NCBI GenBank assembly: GCA_041398545.1
Contig: JAWKUM010000016.1
Coordinates: 10,490 to 74,489, forward strand
DNA from: Planctomycetota bacterium
GTDB lineage: Bacteria > Planctomycetota > UBA1135 > GCA-002748355
Direction: 5' to 3'
Length of the DNA stretch: 64,000 bases
Every line of letters begins with the position of its first letter. The stretch's first letter is position 1. Of the stretch, positions 34,568 to 42,601 are shown in pieces. The notes under the pieces were generated by a model that saw only the letters and a list, made by a program, of their open reading frames with translations, was not told the DNA's origin and searched no databases. A program made the translations under genes and the position numbers.

Positions 34568-36778
34568 GCGTTCCTCCCGATCTTCATCCGCACGAGGCCC
34601 TCGTGGACGCGCGCCGGCGTCAGCGGCAGGCGCAGCGGCCGGACGCCGGTCGCGTTGCGCACGGCGTTGGCGATCGCGGCCGAGGTCGGGATCGTCGGCG
34701 GCTCGCCGAGCCCCATCGTGCCGACGCAGTTGTGGCCGTTGTTGGCCCGGGGCAGGATCGCGACGATCTCCGGGATCTCGAGCACGCCCGGGATGCGGTA
34801 GTGCTCGAAGTCGGTGTTGAGCACGCGGCCGAGGTTGGTGTCGGTCAGGCGCTCCTCGTACATCGCGAAGCCGATGCCCTGGATCACGCCGCCGATGACC
34901 TGGCTCTCGGCGGTGAGCTTGTCGACGACCGTGCCGCAGTCCTGCACGGCGACGATCTTGTGGAGCTCGATCGCGCCGGTCCGGAGGTCGACGCTGAGGT
35001 CGGCCATCTGCGCGCCGTGGACGTTGTTGGCGTAGCCGCGCCAGCGCTCCCAGCCGCTGGCCTGGGCCTCGACCGGCGCCTGGCGCAGGTGCTTGCAGGC
35101 CTCGGTCCACGCCAGCTTGCGCCCGTCGGGCCAGACGACCTGTCCGCCCTCGAGCGCGGGCTCGCCGGCGTCCTTGCCGATCGCCTCCCGGAGCGTGCGC
35201 AGCAGCTCGCGGCCGGCCAGGAAGGCGGCCTTGCGCGCCGTCGGGGCCAGGGACGGCGTCGTCGTCGAGCCGCCCGAGCCCGGGCCCGGCGGGTCGCTCG
35301 TATGGCCGAGGACGACCTCGATCCGGTCGACCGGCACGCCGAGCTCCTCGGCCGTGACGAGCGCGAGCACCGTGCGCGTGCCCGTGCCGATGTCCTGGGC
35401 GCCGTTGCGCACCTCGACGCGGCCGTCGGGGTGGATGCGGCACAGCACGGCGTTCCGCGGCTGGCCCGACTGGAACCAGCTCGAGATCGCCATGCCGATC
35501 CCGCGCAGCCGCGTCGTGCCGGGCTCGGCGACGCCGGGCGCGCGGTTGCGGCCCTGCTCGTAGCCGATGGCCTCGGCCGCGACCCGGAGCTGCTCCTTGT
35601 GGACCTCGTTCTGGAGGTTGGCGAGCCGGAAGGCCAGGGGGTCCTGGCCGACGCGGTAGGCCATCTCGTCGATGAGGCCCTCGGAGGCGAAGTAGCCCTG
35701 CGGGCAGCCCGGCGCGCGGAACGCCCGGGCCGAGCCGGTGTTGGCGCGCATGTCGCGGTGGTCGCCGCGGTCGCGCGTGCGCACGTAGTAGCCCTGCGAG
35801 CCGCGGACGCCCCCGCTGCCGTTGTAGCCGGGGAAGCCGCGCGTCTTGGAGGTGAAGTCGGTGAGCTTGCCGTCGGCCGTGGCCTTGGCCGTCAGGAGCT
35901 GCAGCGAGGCCGGGCGGTTGCCGGTCGCCAGCGCGCAGGCCCGGCGGTCGACGAAGAGGTGCACGGGCCGGCCGAGCTCCTTGCTGAGCTGGGCGCAGAC
36001 GGTCGCCTCGACGCCCGGCGTCAGCTTGGCGCCGAAGCCGCCGCCCATGCTCGGTGTGCACCGTGACGCGGCCGCCGAGGCCCTCGATCCGCTCGAGCGC
36101 GCTCTTCATGCCGAAGGTGCCCTGCGTGCTGGCCCACACGTCCATCCGCGGCCCGCCGTCGCCCTCGCGGTACCAGGCCGTGATCCCGTGGGTCTCGAGC
36201 GGGTGGTGCATCTGGGTCTGGGTCTCGAACAACAGCGTCAGCGCGACCTCGGCGGCGTCGGCCTTGCCGACCTGCGCCAGCGAGGTCGGCGGGGCCTCGG
36301 CGTCCGCGGCCAGCTCGGCGCGCAGGCCCTCCTGCGGGTCGACCTCGAAGTCCTCGCGCTCGATGTGGACCTTGACCCTGGCCAGCGCCTCGCGCGCGAT
36401 CGCGCGCGTGATCGCCGCGCAGGCCACGAGCTCCTGGCCCTGGAACCGGATCGTCGTGCCGTCGCCCGCGATCTGCCTGACCGCGAGGACGCCCTGCACC
36501 TCCTTGGCGGGGCCGACGTCGATCGACACGACCTTGCCGGCCGGGACCGGCGAGCGGAGGATCGCCGCGTAGCACAGCCCCTCGGGCCGCTCGTCGGACG
36601 GGTAGCGCGCGCGGCCCGAGACCTTGGCGACCCCGTCGAGCCGCGGGTGGTCCTTGCCGAGCAGCTTGAGGTCGGTGTCGATGCCCCAGGGCTCCGGCTC
36701 GTCGTCGGCCTGGCGGTAGCGCACGTCGCCCCGCTGGTCGCCGATGCCGGCGTGGAGCGTCTTGTCCTGCTCGCTCAT
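34564..36778 (-). pseudogene. xanthine dehydrogenase family molybdopterin-binding large subunit (PaoC-like), one frameshift as assembled
   Basis: The N-terminal part from ATG 36778 is in ORF 33572-37057 (MSEQDKTL…GKDHPRLDGVAKVSGRARY…RVTVHTEH). The remainder is ORF 34564-36048 (MGGGFGAKLTPG…). The frame break lies at about 36045-36052. Confidence 0.85.
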
Positions 36779-37407
36779 CGCCCACCTCCCTCGCGCATGG
36801 CGCGGCCGGCGTCCTCGCAGGCGGCGACGATGCGCGTGTAGGTCCCGCAGCGGCACAGGTTGCCGGCGAGCGCCGCGCGCAGCTCGTCGCGGCCGGCGCC
36901 CGGGTCCTGCGACAGGCAGGCGTGGGCGGCCATGACCATCCCCGGCGTGCAGTAGCCGCACTGCAGCGCGTCGTGGGCGACGAAGGCCTGCTGGATCGGG
37001 TGCAGCTCCCCGTCCTTCGACAGGCCCTCGATGGTCAGCACCTTGCGGCCCTCGCACTCGAGCGCGAGGGTCAGGCAGGCGTTGACCGGCCGGTCGTCGA
37101 GGAGGACCGTGCAGGCGCCGCAGGCGCCGAGCTCGCAGACCTCCTTGGCGCCGGTCAGCGACCAGTGGTCGCGCAGCAGCTCGAGCAGCGTCGTGCGCGG
37201 CTCGACGAGGGCCTTGCGGCTCTCGCCGTTGACCTCGATGCGGACCGGGACCGGGCCGGGGCCGAGCACGCGGGCCGCCGGCGCGGCCGCGGGCGCGGAG
37301 GAGGGGGAGGAGGCGGACAGGACCGAGGGCAGCGCGGCGGCCGCGGGCATTCCGGCCAGGAACCTGCGGCGCGTGAAGCCTCGACGCGGGCGATCGTTGG
37401 AGCTCAC
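36775..37407 (-). CDS. (2Fe-2S)-binding small subunit with Tat signal (PaoA-like)
   Basis: 210-aa tail of ORF 36775-41010 from GTG 37407. Twin-arginine leader: RRGFTRRRFLAGMPAAAALP. Cluster motifs: CELGACGACTV and CGYCTPG…CRCGTY. Confidence 0.9.
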   Translation of the reverse strand: MSSNDRPRRGFTRRRFLAGMPAAAALPSVLSASSPSSAPAAAPAARVLGPGPVPVRIEVNGESRKALVEPRTTLLELLRDHWSLTGAKEVCELGACGACTVLLDDRPVNACLTLALECEGRKVLTIEGLSKDGELHPIQQAFVAHDALQCGYCTPGMVMAAHACLSQDPGAGRDELRAALAGNLCRCGTYTRIVAACEDAGRAMREGGGR

Positions 37408-37461
37408 GCGGGCAGGATAGCGCCCCCGGCGGGGGCGGACAGGGGGCCGGGGGCCGGTAGG

Positions 37462-39840
37462 ATGCGGCCCCGAAAGCTCTCCCGGAGGTCCCCGATGTCG
37501 CCCTGCGCCTTGCTCTCCCTGGCGGCCCTCGTGCTGCCGTCCCTGCAGGAGCCGGCCGCCCCTGCCCTCGACCTCGAGGCCCTCAAGGCCGACGCCCCCG
37601 ACCCCGCCCTCGTCGCCAAGGCGCGCGCGGCCGGCGCCGGCATCGCCTGGATCCGGGACCCGTTCGAGATGGAGGACGTCGACCGGGCCACGCGCCGGCT
37701 GCGGCCGCCGGAGGCGCCCTCGCCGATCTCGCGCGCGGCCCTCCTCGACGAGGCCCTGACCCGGGCGCGTGCCGAGGGCAAGGCCGTGCTGCTGTACGCC
37801 TGTCGCATCGAGGGCCGGCACATGTACCGGGCGCCGCTCGTCGACGACTACATGCAGCTCGCGCTGTTCTCCGACCCCGAGCTCTGCGCGCTGATCGCGC
37901 GCCGCTTCGTGCCGCTCCGGCTCTACGTCACGGCCGAGGTCGGCGAGCGCCTCGGCATCAAGAACACCGACCGCGAGGACCCGCTGTTCCTGCAGACGGT
38001 CGAGCCGGCCCTCGTCGTGCTCGCGCCCGACGGCACGGTCGTGCACAAGCTCCAGCGCATCCGCACCTTCTCGGTGCCGTTCACGCGGGGCGTGCTGCGC
38101 CGCGCCCTCGCGCGCTGCGAGGGCGTCGAGGGCGACTCGGCTATGACCCGGGCCGTGGCCGCCGCGCCGGAGGCGGCGAGCCAGGCCGGGCGCCTGGCGC
38201 TGGCCGAGGCCCACGCCCTCGACGGGCACGAGGACGAGGCGGCCCGGGAGCTGGCGACGCTGCTCGGCGAGCTCGACGAGGCGGCCAAGGACCAGGGCGC
38301 GCCCGCCGAGGCCGCGGCCGGCCAGCGCCCGCGCCGCGGCCCGCGCCGCGACCCGGGCGAGGTGCTGCGCTTCCACGGCTGGCTGGCCCTCGCGCGGGCC
38401 CTGCGCCTCGACGGCCGGCTCGAGGAGGCCGCGACGGCGGTCGCCGCCCTGCGCGGCCTGCAGTCCGCCAACCCCAACCTGCTGCGCTGGCGCGACGGCG
38501 AGGCCGCCCTCGAGGCCGCCCGCCTTGCCGAGCTCGGCGGGCGCTGGGCCGAGGTCCCGGGCCTGCTCGCGGCCGCGCCGGAGTCGGCCGAGCGCCACTG
38601 GCGCGAGGGCGTCGCCCTGTGGCAGCAGTGGAAGATCGACGAGGCCGAGGCGGCCTTCGCCGAGGCCGCCCGCGGCGCCGGCGACTACGCGGCGCGCGCG
38701 GCCGCGATGCTGGCCACGGGCGGGGACACGACGCCGCTGTCGCCGCTGGCCCACGGCTTCGAGTGGCTCGAGCAGGGCGGCCCCGCCGTGCACAAGGGCC
38801 TGCCGGCCTCGACCGAGCTGCCGGTGGACCCCGCCGACCGGGACGCCGTCGCCGCGGTCGAGCGCCGCGCGCTGGGCTTCCTGCTCGCGCAGCAGCGCCC
38901 CGACGGCTCGTGGAGCGACGCGCGCTACGCGTACTGGCCGAGCCCGGTGATCCTGCCCAACGTCCGCGTGGCCGTGACGGCCTTGGCCGCGACCGCCCTG
39001 CTGGCCTGGCGCGACCTCGCGCCCGAGGCCGTGGACCGCGCGCTCGCCAAGGCCGAGGAGTACATGCTCGAGCCCGGCCGGGTCAGGCCGGACACCGAGG
39101 AGGCCGTCTACAGCCAGGGCTACCGGATCCTGTACTTCGCGCGCCGGCTGGCCTTCGAGGCCGGGCGGAGGGACCGCAAGGACCTCGCGGCGATGGAGCG
39201 CCTGCTCAAGGAGGTGCGCGCGCTGCAGGACCCCAAGACCGGCTTCTTCGCGCACGAGTACAAGAACGCGTTCTGCACCGGGGCGATGATGTGGTCGCTG
39301 TACCTCGCCCGCACGCTCGAGCTCGAGGTCGACGAGGACGTCGTCCGGCTCGGGATCCAGGCCCTGCAGTCGGCGCGGCGCGAGGACGGGTCGTACTCGT
39401 ACGGCGGCGCGGCCGGCACCCGGAGCGGCAGCATCAGCGCCAACCTCAAGAACGCCTCGGCGCGGATGCCGCTGTGCGAGGCCGTGCTGCACGTCTTCGG
39501 CCAGTCCGACGAGAAGAAGCTGGCGGCGGCGTTCGAGGTCTTCCTCGAGCACCTCGACAGCCTCGCGCGCGTGCGCAAGTGCGACTTCCACTCCGACGGC
39601 CAGCTCGGCGGCTTCTTCTTCTGGCACGCCGTGTTCCACGCCAGCGAGGCGCGGCGCCTCGTCGAGCCGGCCCTGCGCGAGCGGGTCGGCACGGCGCTGT
39701 CCAAGCTCGTGCTGTCGATCCCCGAGATCGACGGGAGCTTCGTCGACAGCCACGAGCTCGGGAAGAGCTACGGCACGGCGATGGCCCTGCTCGTGCTGGC
39801 CAACCTGCGCTCCGACGGGGACGTCGGGCACGGCCGCTGA
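37462..39840 (+). CDS. secreted multidomain protein: thioredoxin-like fold, TPR-like helical region, prenyltransferase/squalene-oxidase-type alpha/alpha toroid repeats
   Basis: Part of ORF 36922-39840 from ATG 37462 (MRPRKLSRRSPMSPCALLSLAALVLPS signal peptide; alternative ATG 37495). GKAVLLYACRIEG…FVPLRLYV has no CxxC. QW-type repeats: LLAQQRPDGSW, SARREDGSYSYGG, EIDGSF. Confidence 0.75.
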   Translation: MRPRKLSRRSPMSPCALLSLAALVLPSLQEPAAPALDLEALKADAPDPALVAKARAAGAGIAWIRDPFEMEDVDRATRRLRPPEAPSPISRAALLDEALTRARAEGKAVLLYACRIEGRHMYRAPLVDDYMQLALFSDPELCALIARRFVPLRLYVTAEVGERLGIKNTDREDPLFLQTVEPALVVLAPDGTVVHKLQRIRTFSVPFTRGVLRRALARCEGVEGDSAMTRAVAAAPEAASQAGRLALAEAHALDGHEDEAARELATLLGELDEAAKDQGAPAEAAAGQRPRRGPRRDPGEVLRFHGWLALARALRLDGRLEEAATAVAALRGLQSANPNLLRWRDGEAALEAARLAELGGRWAEVPGLLAAAPESAERHWREGVALWQQWKIDEAEAAFAEAARGAGDYAARAAAMLATGGDTTPLSPLAHGFEWLEQGGPAVHKGLPASTELPVDPADRDAVAAVERRALGFLLAQQRPDGSWSDARYAYWPSPVILPNVRVAVTALAATALLAWRDLAPEAVDRALAKAEEYMLEPGRVRPDTEEAVYSQGYRILYFARRLAFEAGRRDRKDLAAMERLLKEVRALQDPKTGFFAHEYKNAFCTGAMMWSLYLARTLELEVDEDVVRLGIQALQSARREDGSYSYGGAAGTRSGSISANLKNASARMPLCEAVLHVFGQSDEKKLAAAFEVFLEHLDSLARVRKCDFHSDGQLGGFFFWHAVFHASEARRLVEPALRERVGTALSKLVLSIPEIDGSFVDSHELGKSYGTAMALLVLANLRSDGDVGHGR

Positions 39841-39849
39841 CCGGCCCCG

Positions 39850-39885
39850 GGGCCGGTCCGAAGGGCCGGTCCGAAGGGCCGGTCG
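39850..39885. repeat. 13-nt tandem repeat GGGCCGGTCCGAA, about 2.8 copies
   Basis: Read directly: 39850-39862, 39863-39875 and a partial unit at 39876-39885. It is preceded by the 16-nt palindrome CCGGCCCCGGGGCCGG (39841-39856), immediately after the stop at 39838-39840. Confidence 0.8.
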
Positions 39886-39972
39886 CGCGCGGCGGCCTTT
39901 GGCTTCACCGCGCCGCCGGCCGCGGTCGATTGCTGGGGGGTCCGCGCCCGCCGCCGCCGGCGGCCACCACCG

Positions 39973-41163
39973 ATGCAGACCCGAGAGGCAAATCCGCCGA
40001 CCCGAGACGGCCTCGCGCACGCCGCGTTCGAGGTGGTCGCGATCCTCAGCCTCGCCGTGCCGGCCCTCGTCGTCATGGCCTGGCGCTTCACGCGCGAGAC
40101 CTGGGACCCGCTCCACGCCGGCTACGGCCTGCACGGCCAGCTCGTCCAGGCCCTGGCCCACGTCCTGCCGCCGGCCGCCTCGATGCCGCTCGGGCTCGAC
40201 CCGGCCAACCTGCTGTCGATCCTCGGCCTCTGCGTCGCGCTGACCTGCTTCCACCTCGCCAACCGCCTGCACGGCTCGCACGGCAAGGCGACGCTGTTCC
40301 TGAGCGTCCTGTTCCTCGTCACGCCGGCCGTCCTGGCCCAGGCCCTGCTGCCGACGCCGATGGGGCCCTTCCTCGCGACGGTCGGCATCGCGTACTTCAG
40401 CGCCAGCGCGATGGTCACGCGGCCCTCGGTCGGTGTGGCGACGCTGTTCGGGCTCGCGACGGGCCTCGGCACGCTGCTGCACTGGTGCGGCCTGCTGACC
40501 CCGGCCCTGTTCCTGCCGTGGGTCATGTGGCGCAACCGCGAGCTGTTCGGGGACATCTATCCACGGTTCATGCTGGCGTTCCACGCCCTGCTGGTCCACG
40601 GCATGACCTGCTTCGCCGCGTCGCTGATCGACCCGCGGTTCAACGGCCTGCTCGTCCGCGTCGGCCACGGGGTCTTCGTCGCGCCCGACGGCCCGACCAT
40701 CCTCGAGCTCGTCGTCGGGCAGGTGCTGATCCCGTACTTCCCGCTGGTCCTGGCCTTCGTCCCCGCCCTCCGGCAGTCGACGCGCAGGGGGCGCTTCCTC
40801 GTGCTCGCGGCCGCGGCCGCGCCGTTCGTGCTGTTCGCCGCGGCCGACGGCGGGCGCACGATGGGACCCGGCGCCCTGCTGCTGCCGGTCGCCATGGCGC
40901 TGCTGCTGTGGATCCGCGAGGACCTGTCGCCGCCGATCCTCGGCGCCGGGAGCTTCGTCGCCCTCCTGTTCGCCGTGAACCTGGCCATGCACCCGCCGGT
41001 CCTCGACCACGACGCGGGCCTCAAGACCAGGCTGCGGCCGCTGTCGGGGACCTCGATCGACGACCTGGCGCTGCCGACCGGGCTGGCCCCCGAGCCGCCC
41101 GCGCGCCCCGAGGCCACCGCGCCCGCGGGCGCCGGGACCGAGGCGTCCAAGCCGGGACGCTGA
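39973..41163 (+). CDS. polytopic membrane protein, family not recognised
   Basis: 396-aa ORF with about ten hydrophobic segments and an Ala/Pro-rich C-terminal tail. Confidence 0.7.
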   Translation: MQTREANPPTRDGLAHAAFEVVAILSLAVPALVVMAWRFTRETWDPLHAGYGLHGQLVQALAHVLPPAASMPLGLDPANLLSILGLCVALTCFHLANRLHGSHGKATLFLSVLFLVTPAVLAQALLPTPMGPFLATVGIAYFSASAMVTRPSVGVATLFGLATGLGTLLHWCGLLTPALFLPWVMWRNRELFGDIYPRFMLAFHALLVHGMTCFAASLIDPRFNGLLVRVGHGVFVAPDGPTILELVVGQVLIPYFPLVLAFVPALRQSTRRGRFLVLAAAAAPFVLFAAADGGRTMGPGALLLPVAMALLLWIREDLSPPILGAGSFVALLFAVNLAMHPPVLDHDAGLKTRLRPLSGTSIDDLALPTGLAPEPPARPEATAPAGAGTEASKPGR

Positions 41164-41234
41164 GGCCCATGGCCCCCGGGAGGGGGGCCGAAAAGGGTAC
41201 GGCCACGACCCCGCGCCCGCGCATGATGCGGGCC

Positions 41235-42407
41235 ATGAGCGGGACCGTCTTCGCCCTGTCCGACGAGCAGCAGGCCCTCCTCGACGAGACGCGCGCCCTG
41301 GCGCGCAGGGCTCTGCTCCCGCTGTGCGGCGCGGCCGACGAGGGCGAGGTCAACCGCCCGCTCCTGGCTGCGCTCGGCGAGAGCGGCCTCCTCGGGCGCC
41401 TGTTCCCCGAGGCCGCGTGGCGCGCCGACGCGGCGACGCGGGCGGCCGGCCGCCGCGGCGTGTCGGCGATGACCCTGTGCCTGATGCGGCAGGGGCTGGC
41501 ATCGGTCGCGACCGAGGCCGAGACCGCGCTGGCGCTCCAGGGGCTGGGCGCGTACCCGATCCTGCAGTCGGGCTCCGCCGCGCTCGTCGAGCGCTGGATC
41601 CCCGGCGTCGCCGCGGGCCGGCTCTGCGCCGGCTTCGCGCTGACCGAGCCGGGCTCGGGCAGCGACCCGGCCGCCCTCGTCACGCGTGCCGAGCGCGTCG
41701 ACGGCGGGTGGCGGCTCGAGGGGCGCAAGATCTTCATCTCCAACGCGCCGCACGCCGACGTCTACACGGTGTTCGCGCGCACGACCGAGGGCGCCGGCTC
41801 GAAGGGCGTCTCGGCCTTCGTCGTGCCCGGCGACGCCGAGGGCCTGGCGGGCGAGTCGATCCCGATGCTCGGCGAGCACCCCATCGGGCGCCTCGACTTC
41901 GACGGCGTGTTCGTGCCCGACGCCGACCTCCTCGGCGAGGTCGACCAGGGCTTCAAGGTCGCGATGCGGACCCTCGAGCTGTTCCGCCCCAGCGTCGGGG
42001 CCTTCGCGGTCGGCATGTGCGAGGCCGCCCTGACCCTCGCCGTGGCCCACGCCGGCGAGCGCGAGGCGTTCGGGCACAAGCTGCGCGAGTTCCAGGGGGT
42101 CTCGTTCCAGCTCGCCGACATGGCCGTGCGGACCGAGGCCGCGAGGCTCCTCGTCTACAAGGCCGCGTCGCTGTTCGACGCCGGGGTCGGCCGCAACGCC
42201 AGGGCCGCGGCCATGGCCAAGCTCTACGCGACCGAGACCGCGCAGTTCGTCGTCGACGCGGCGATCCAGGTCTTCGGCGGCCGCGCCCTCGAGAAGGGCC
42301 ACCTGCTCGAGCACCTCTACCGCCACGTCCGCGCGCCCCGGATCTACGAAGGCACCTCGGAGATCCAGCGGGAGATCCTGGCGCGGGAGATGTACCGGGG
42401 GGAGTGA
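41235..42407 (+). CDS. acyl-CoA dehydrogenase
   Basis: 390-aa tail of ORF 38619-42407 from ATG 41235 (alternatives 41223 and 41226): GFALTEPGSGSD, GRKIFISNA, FQLADMAVRTEAARLL, IYEGTSEIQREILAREM. Confidence 0.9.
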   Translation: MSGTVFALSDEQQALLDETRALARRALLPLCGAADEGEVNRPLLAALGESGLLGRLFPEAAWRADAATRAAGRRGVSAMTLCLMRQGLASVATEAETALALQGLGAYPILQSGSAALVERWIPGVAAGRLCAGFALTEPGSGSDPAALVTRAERVDGGWRLEGRKIFISNAPHADVYTVFARTTEGAGSKGVSAFVVPGDAEGLAGESIPMLGEHPIGRLDFDGVFVPDADLLGEVDQGFKVAMRTLELFRPSVGAFAVGMCEAALTLAVAHAGEREAFGHKLREFQGVSFQLADMAVRTEAARLLVYKAASLFDAGVGRNARAAAMAKLYATETAQFVVDAAIQVFGGRALEKGHLLEHLYRHVRAPRIYEGTSEIQREILAREMYRGE

Positions 42408-42562
42408 ACGTGAGGGGACTGGTGGTCGTCCTCGTGCTTGCGTGGGGGTGTACCGGAACCGGAACCGGAACCGGAGCCGGAACCGGAGCCGGAACCGGAG
42501 CCGGAACCGGAACCGTGTCCGGAGCCGGAACCGGAACCGTCTTCGGAACCGGAACCGGATAA
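42404..42562 (+). CDS. micro-ORF: signal-peptide/lipobox-like N-terminus followed by a (Thr-Gly)n repeat (52 aa)
   Basis: Tail of ORF 41324-42562. GTG 42404 overlaps the dehydrogenase stop as GTGA, the same coupling seen at four other junctions here. Sequence: [16 protein letters not shown] + [39 protein letters not shown] stop. The other frames give PE, RN or PV repeats without start context. Confidence 0.45.
   Translation: MNVRGLVVVLVLAWGCTGTGTGTGAGTGAGTGAGTGTVSGAGTGTVFGTGTG
42452..42559. repeat. hexanucleotide tandem repeat, 18 units of ACCGGA and variants (GCCGGA, GTGTCC, GTCTTC)
   Basis: Read directly: accgga accgga accgga accgga gccgga accgga gccgga accgga gccgga accgga accgtg tccgga gccgga accgga accgtc ttcgga accgga accgga. 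Confidence 0.9.
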
Positions 42563-42601
42563 GAGGGCTTCACGCTCGACCTGTGCCGCTGACGCGGGGC
42601 C

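Noticed and set aside
42452-42559. Whether the regular repeat array could be a CRISPR array.
   Set aside because: The unit is 6 nt with no spacers, there are no cas genes in the window, and there is no leader. It is a microsatellite, not a CRISPR.
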